From: Promethearchaeota archaeon
GTDB lineage: Archaea; Asgardarchaeota; Lokiarchaeia; Sigyniarchaeales; SOKP01
DNA length: 64,000 nucleotides
NCBI GenBank assembly: GCA_048937405.1
Contig: JBHLNF010000005.1
Location: 32,001-96,000 of the forward strand
Direction of reading: 5' to 3'
Shown: positions 61,001 through 64,000 of the stretch, piece by piece
Layout of the letters: each line of letters starts with the position of its first letter
How positions within the stretch are numbered: the stretch's first letter is position 1
The notes under the pieces: model-generated
The model's database searches: none
What the model saw: the letters and a program-made list of their open reading frames with translations, nothing else
What the model was told of the DNA's origin: nothing
Made by a program: the position numbers and the translations under genes

Positions 61001-62305
61001 ATGTATAAAGAATTAAAAACTCAGATAAAAAACTTAATTTTTGATGTTAACGATTTATTTCCTTTGTTAGGAAGACCTCTAATATATGGATGGCGTGTAC
61101 TTCATAGTATTAAATTTATTATAGGAAAAAATATATTAGAATCTAAATGGCAATTGAAATATGACCTGAGAAGGAAAAATTTCAGTAAAATATATTGGGT
61201 CAAGCCTCAGGACATACAATATTGTTTAGCAAAAAAATTTAACAATTGGAATAATAATACCGAAATATTGGAGGGTAATTGGGGCCAGAGTAAATTTCTC
61301 TTTGAAGAATTACCTATTTATCAATTATTATATGAAAGATTTAAAGATAATCAGAAATGGGAAGATATTGGCCATTATCACCAAGTTGTAAATCAAATCC
61401 TTATTGGTGAAAAAAAATGGGGTTGTAAAAATAAAAAGGAGTTCGATGAAAAACTTAGGAAAATTGAGTCATTTTATCATCACCAAAAAAAAAATCATAA
61501 TAAATTTATAAAAAACGATTTTATCCTAAAAAGTGAAGAAAATTTAAAAAATTCACCATTATGGGAAGATATTATAGTAGTTATTAATGAAATTGGAAAT
61601 CTCTTATTTGTAAGTGGAGATTTTAGCCTTTCAATAGTAAAATTACTTGATATTCAAGAAATTCCCATTAAAGTTGTGGCGAGACATAAAAAATGGATAC
61701 ATTTTAAACGCGGTTTACTATATTATGCTCGGTTTGGGTCACTTTACCAAAAGCTTACGCATTTAGATCTTCAAGAGATCCCTTTTAATTATGGAGAAGA
61801 TCGTTTTAACATAATTAAAGAAAATCTTTCAATTTCACATGGAACCCTTCTTGATATTGGTACTAATTTAGGATATTTCTGCCATAAATTTGAAGAACTA
61901 GGTTTTGATTGCTATGGTGTTGAATCTAATTGGTATCAATTTCATTTTTTGAAAAAATTAAAAAAAGCAGAAAATAAAAAATTTAAGATTATAAACGATT
62001 CTATTTTTAATTATGGAAACAATAAAATGTTAGTCTTCGATGTAGTGCTTGCTTTATATATTTTTCATCATTTTTTAAAGAGAAAAAATACATACTTAAG
62101 TTTAATTAAACTATTAAAAAGATTAAAAGTTAAAGAATTTTACTTTGGTGCCTATAATCCTGAGGAATATCGAAAAGCAAAGGTTTATTGTAGATATACT
62201 CCCGAACAATTTGTAAACTTTATAATAAAGCATTCTTGTTTAAATAAAGCCCAATTGCTAACTAAGTTTGAGGATGGGAGAACTTTATTTAAAATTACCA
62301 CATAA
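61001..62305 (+). CDS. Degenerate ParB/Srx-like domain fused to a class I methyltransferase (paralog of the preceding gene)
   Basis: GNWG, WED, VINEIGNLLFVSGDFSL..IPIKVVARHKKW; C-domain LLDIGTNLGYF, YGVE, FDVVLALYIFHHF. Confidence 0.65.
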   Translation: MYKELKTQIKNLIFDVNDLFPLLGRPLIYGWRVLHSIKFIIGKNILESKWQLKYDLRRKNFSKIYWVKPQDIQYCLAKKFNNWNNNTEILEGNWGQSKFLFEELPIYQLLYERFKDNQKWEDIGHYHQVVNQILIGEKKWGCKNKKEFDEKLRKIESFYHHQKKNHNKFIKNDFILKSEENLKNSPLWEDIIVVINEIGNLLFVSGDFSLSIVKLLDIQEIPIKVVARHKKWIHFKRGLLYYARFGSLYQKLTHLDLQEIPFNYGEDRFNIIKENLSISHGTLLDIGTNLGYFCHKFEELGFDCYGVESNWYQFHFLKKLKKAENKKFKIINDSIFNYGNNKMLVFDVVLALYIFHHFLKRKNTYLSLIKLLKRLKVKEFYFGAYNPEEYRKAKVYCRYTPEQFVNFIIKHSCLNKAQLLTKFEDGRTLFKITT

Positions 62306-62505
62306 AAATTTATACTTTCATATTATTTTACTTGTATTAAATATTCACCAAAGTAATAGATAAAATAAAAATACTCTTGAAAATGATTCACATATCCTCA
62401 TAAAGGGTAAAATTTTTTTTTGAAATTTTTAGATAGATAAAATTTTTGATAATTAAAATTTGAAGATAATTATTTTTTTGGCTAATTTAAGACAAAAAAT
62501 GAAAA

Positions 62506-63432
62506 TTAAGAAATAATTTTTTTCAATTGTTCATAAATTTCTCTTTGATTAATATTATAAAAATCTAATAGAGTTTCTCTTTTGCCTGATTGACCAAATG
62601 AATTGTTTACTCCAATAAATCTCATTGGTTTATGAAAATTTTTAGAATTAATACGTGCTATTATACTTCCAAATCCACAATAGATATTATGTTCTTCTAT
62701 GACAACAATACCATTAACTTTACTTATCTCGTTAACAAGAGATTTATCATTTATTGGTTTAACACTTGGAAGATTAATTACTTTAATAGATATATTTAAC
62801 TTTTTTTCTAAATCTGGAGCAGAATTAATAGCTAAAATACTACCATATCCTGTTCCTATTAAACAAATATCATCTCCATCTTTTAATATGTCTGGTTCTC
62901 CAATAATAAAATTATAATTATCATCGTGAATTTTAGGAAAAGAGCCTCTTGGTAATCTAATGTAAAATGGACCTTTAGCATTAAAACTATAGTCTAATAT
63001 TCTTTCAAGTTCAATGTTATCAGAAGGAACTAAGACATTTAAATTCGGAAGAGTCGCCATTAAACTAAGATCTTCCAAAGCATTATGAGTGCTACCATCT
63101 TCTCCAACAAAACCACTATGAGTTGTAATAATTTTTATATTTAAATTGTCGTGACAAGCAAACCTTATAAATTCCCATGCCCTTCCAATTGTAAAGATAG
63201 AAAAACCACTCACCACAGGTATTTTTCCAGATATTGCTAAACCTAAAGCGGTTCCTATCATATTTTGTTCAGCAATACCCATATTAAAAAATCGGTTAGG
63301 AAAGTGCTTGGCGAAAATAGAAGTTCTTGTTGAGTTTGATAAATCAACATCTAAAACAACTACATTATTTTTTCTTTTGCCAACTTCAACTAAATAATTT
63401 CCAAAAGTATCCCTAAGAGTTAATTCACCCAT
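62506..63432 (-). CDS. Transketolase C-terminal subunit (pyrimidine-binding and C-terminal domains)
   Basis: DVDLSNST, NMGIAEQNM, RAWEFIR, GEDGSTHN, YIRLPR, IEEH..GFGS; ATG at 63432. Confidence 0.92.
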   Translation of the reverse strand: MGELTLRDTFGNYLVEVGKRKNNVVVLDVDLSNSTRTSIFAKHFPNRFFNMGIAEQNMIGTALGLAISGKIPVVSGFSIFTIGRAWEFIRFACHDNLNIKIITTHSGFVGEDGSTHNALEDLSLMATLPNLNVLVPSDNIELERILDYSFNAKGPFYIRLPRGSFPKIHDDNYNFIIGEPDILKDGDDICLIGTGYGSILAINSAPDLEKKLNISIKVINLPSVKPINDKSLVNEISKVNGIVVIEEHNIYCGFGSIIARINSKNFHKPMRFIGVNNSFGQSGKRETLLDFYNINQREIYEQLKKIIS

Positions 63433-63433
63433 T

Positions 63434-64000
63434 TTATTTATTCCCACCTTGTAATTTCTCTTTTATTTCCTCCAATTCTTTAAGAGCGGCATGATATTCT
63501 GCTTTATTTGGAACTCGACTATGGAATTCTTTTGTATGTTGCATAAATGAAATATCAGATCCTTTTATTAGATAAGATATAATAACTTTAGGTTTACCAA
63601 TTATTGCCTTCGATCTTTGAAATCCTTCTAATATCTCTTTAAGATTTGAACCATCAACTTCAATAACTTCCCAACCAAATGCTCTCCATTTTTCTGCCAA
63701 TGGCTCTAAAGCCATTACTTCTTCGGTTGATCCATCACTTTGGATTCCATTACGATCAATAATTGCTATTAAATTATCCAATTTATAATGATTAGCCACC
63801 ATTGCAGCCTCCCAAATAGCTCCTTCGTTTAATTCACCATCACCAACCAGAACATATATTGAATTATCTAATTCATCTAATTTGGCGGCTAAACAACAAC
63901 CAACTCCAATAGACAGCCCCATCCCTAAAGAACCAGTTGAGATTTCAATTCCAATTTCGAGATTTTTAACGGGATGCCCCTGTAATTTCGAGTTAAATTT
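63434..64000 (-). CDS. Transketolase N-terminal subunit (TPP-binding), 5'-truncated by the window edge
   Basis: Reads KFNSKLQGHP..STGSLGMGLS, GDGELNEGAIWEA..DRN from the window edge. Confidence 0.92.
   Translation of the reverse strand, partial: KFNSKLQGHPVKNLEIGIEISTGSLGMGLSIGVGCCLAAKLDELDNSIYVLVGDGELNEGAIWEAAMVANHYKLDNLIAIIDRNGIQSDGSTEEVMALEPLAEKWRAFGWEVIEVDGSNLKEILEGFQRSKAIIGKPKVIISYLIKGSDISFMQHTKEFHSRVPNKAEYHAALKELEEIKEKLQGGNK

Noticed and set aside
5876-62917. Numerous 60-120 aa ORFs antisense to or overlapping the long genes (for example 5876..6094, 9940..10155, 22659..22994, 31273..31635, 34063..34386)
   Set aside because: They lie entirely within well-supported genes, show no motifs, and have the composition of shadow ORFs
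1-64000. Selenoprotein (in-frame UGA) or SECIS candidates, expected in Lokiarchaeia
   Set aside because: No gene appeared split at a TGA aligned with a conserved Cys; TGA-ending genes looked full length

Overview
A very AT-rich, gene-dense archaeal chromosomal segment. Several features point to an Asgard archaeon of the Lokiarchaeia/Promethearchaeota type: archaeal RadA, TyrRS, PheRS and AOR, a Vps29-like protein, SCP2 proteins, a long LRR protein, and a giant surface protein with a cytosolic longin-like domain. This assignment is inferred from gene content, not from a search. Bases 1-43 kb are mostly housekeeping and catabolic genes: radA, a stand-alone TnpB with a structured 3' end, pgi-like, lysC, larA-like, U32, the hutU-hutH-hutI genes plus formiminotransferase, acdA, tyrS, ppdK, an AOR/ADH/SCP2/acyl-CoA ligase cluster, coaD, pheS-pheT-pheA and a bacterial-type rph. 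Bases 43-62 kb are a surface-glycan island: TagF-like protein, GDP-mannose dehydratase, four GT4s, an ABC-2 exporter, a kinase-methyltransferase fusion, an RHH-sat-NPP-cysC sulfate-activation operon, and two ParB/Srx-like-methyltransferase fusions. A split transketolase closes the window. Most notable unexplained signals: (1) a Phe/Tyr-rich short ORF (..SYYFRFFILPRE*) embedded in competing hairpins upstream of pheST-pheA, resembling a pheM-type attenuator; (2) an RHH protein carrying the 'RLRDLGY' tail that the co-operonic NPP/sulfatase-fold enzyme lacks; (3) tandem ParB-MTase paralogs with complementary motif degeneration; (4) coaD apparently requiring a non-canonical ATT start. No rRNA, tRNA or CRISPR array was recognised.
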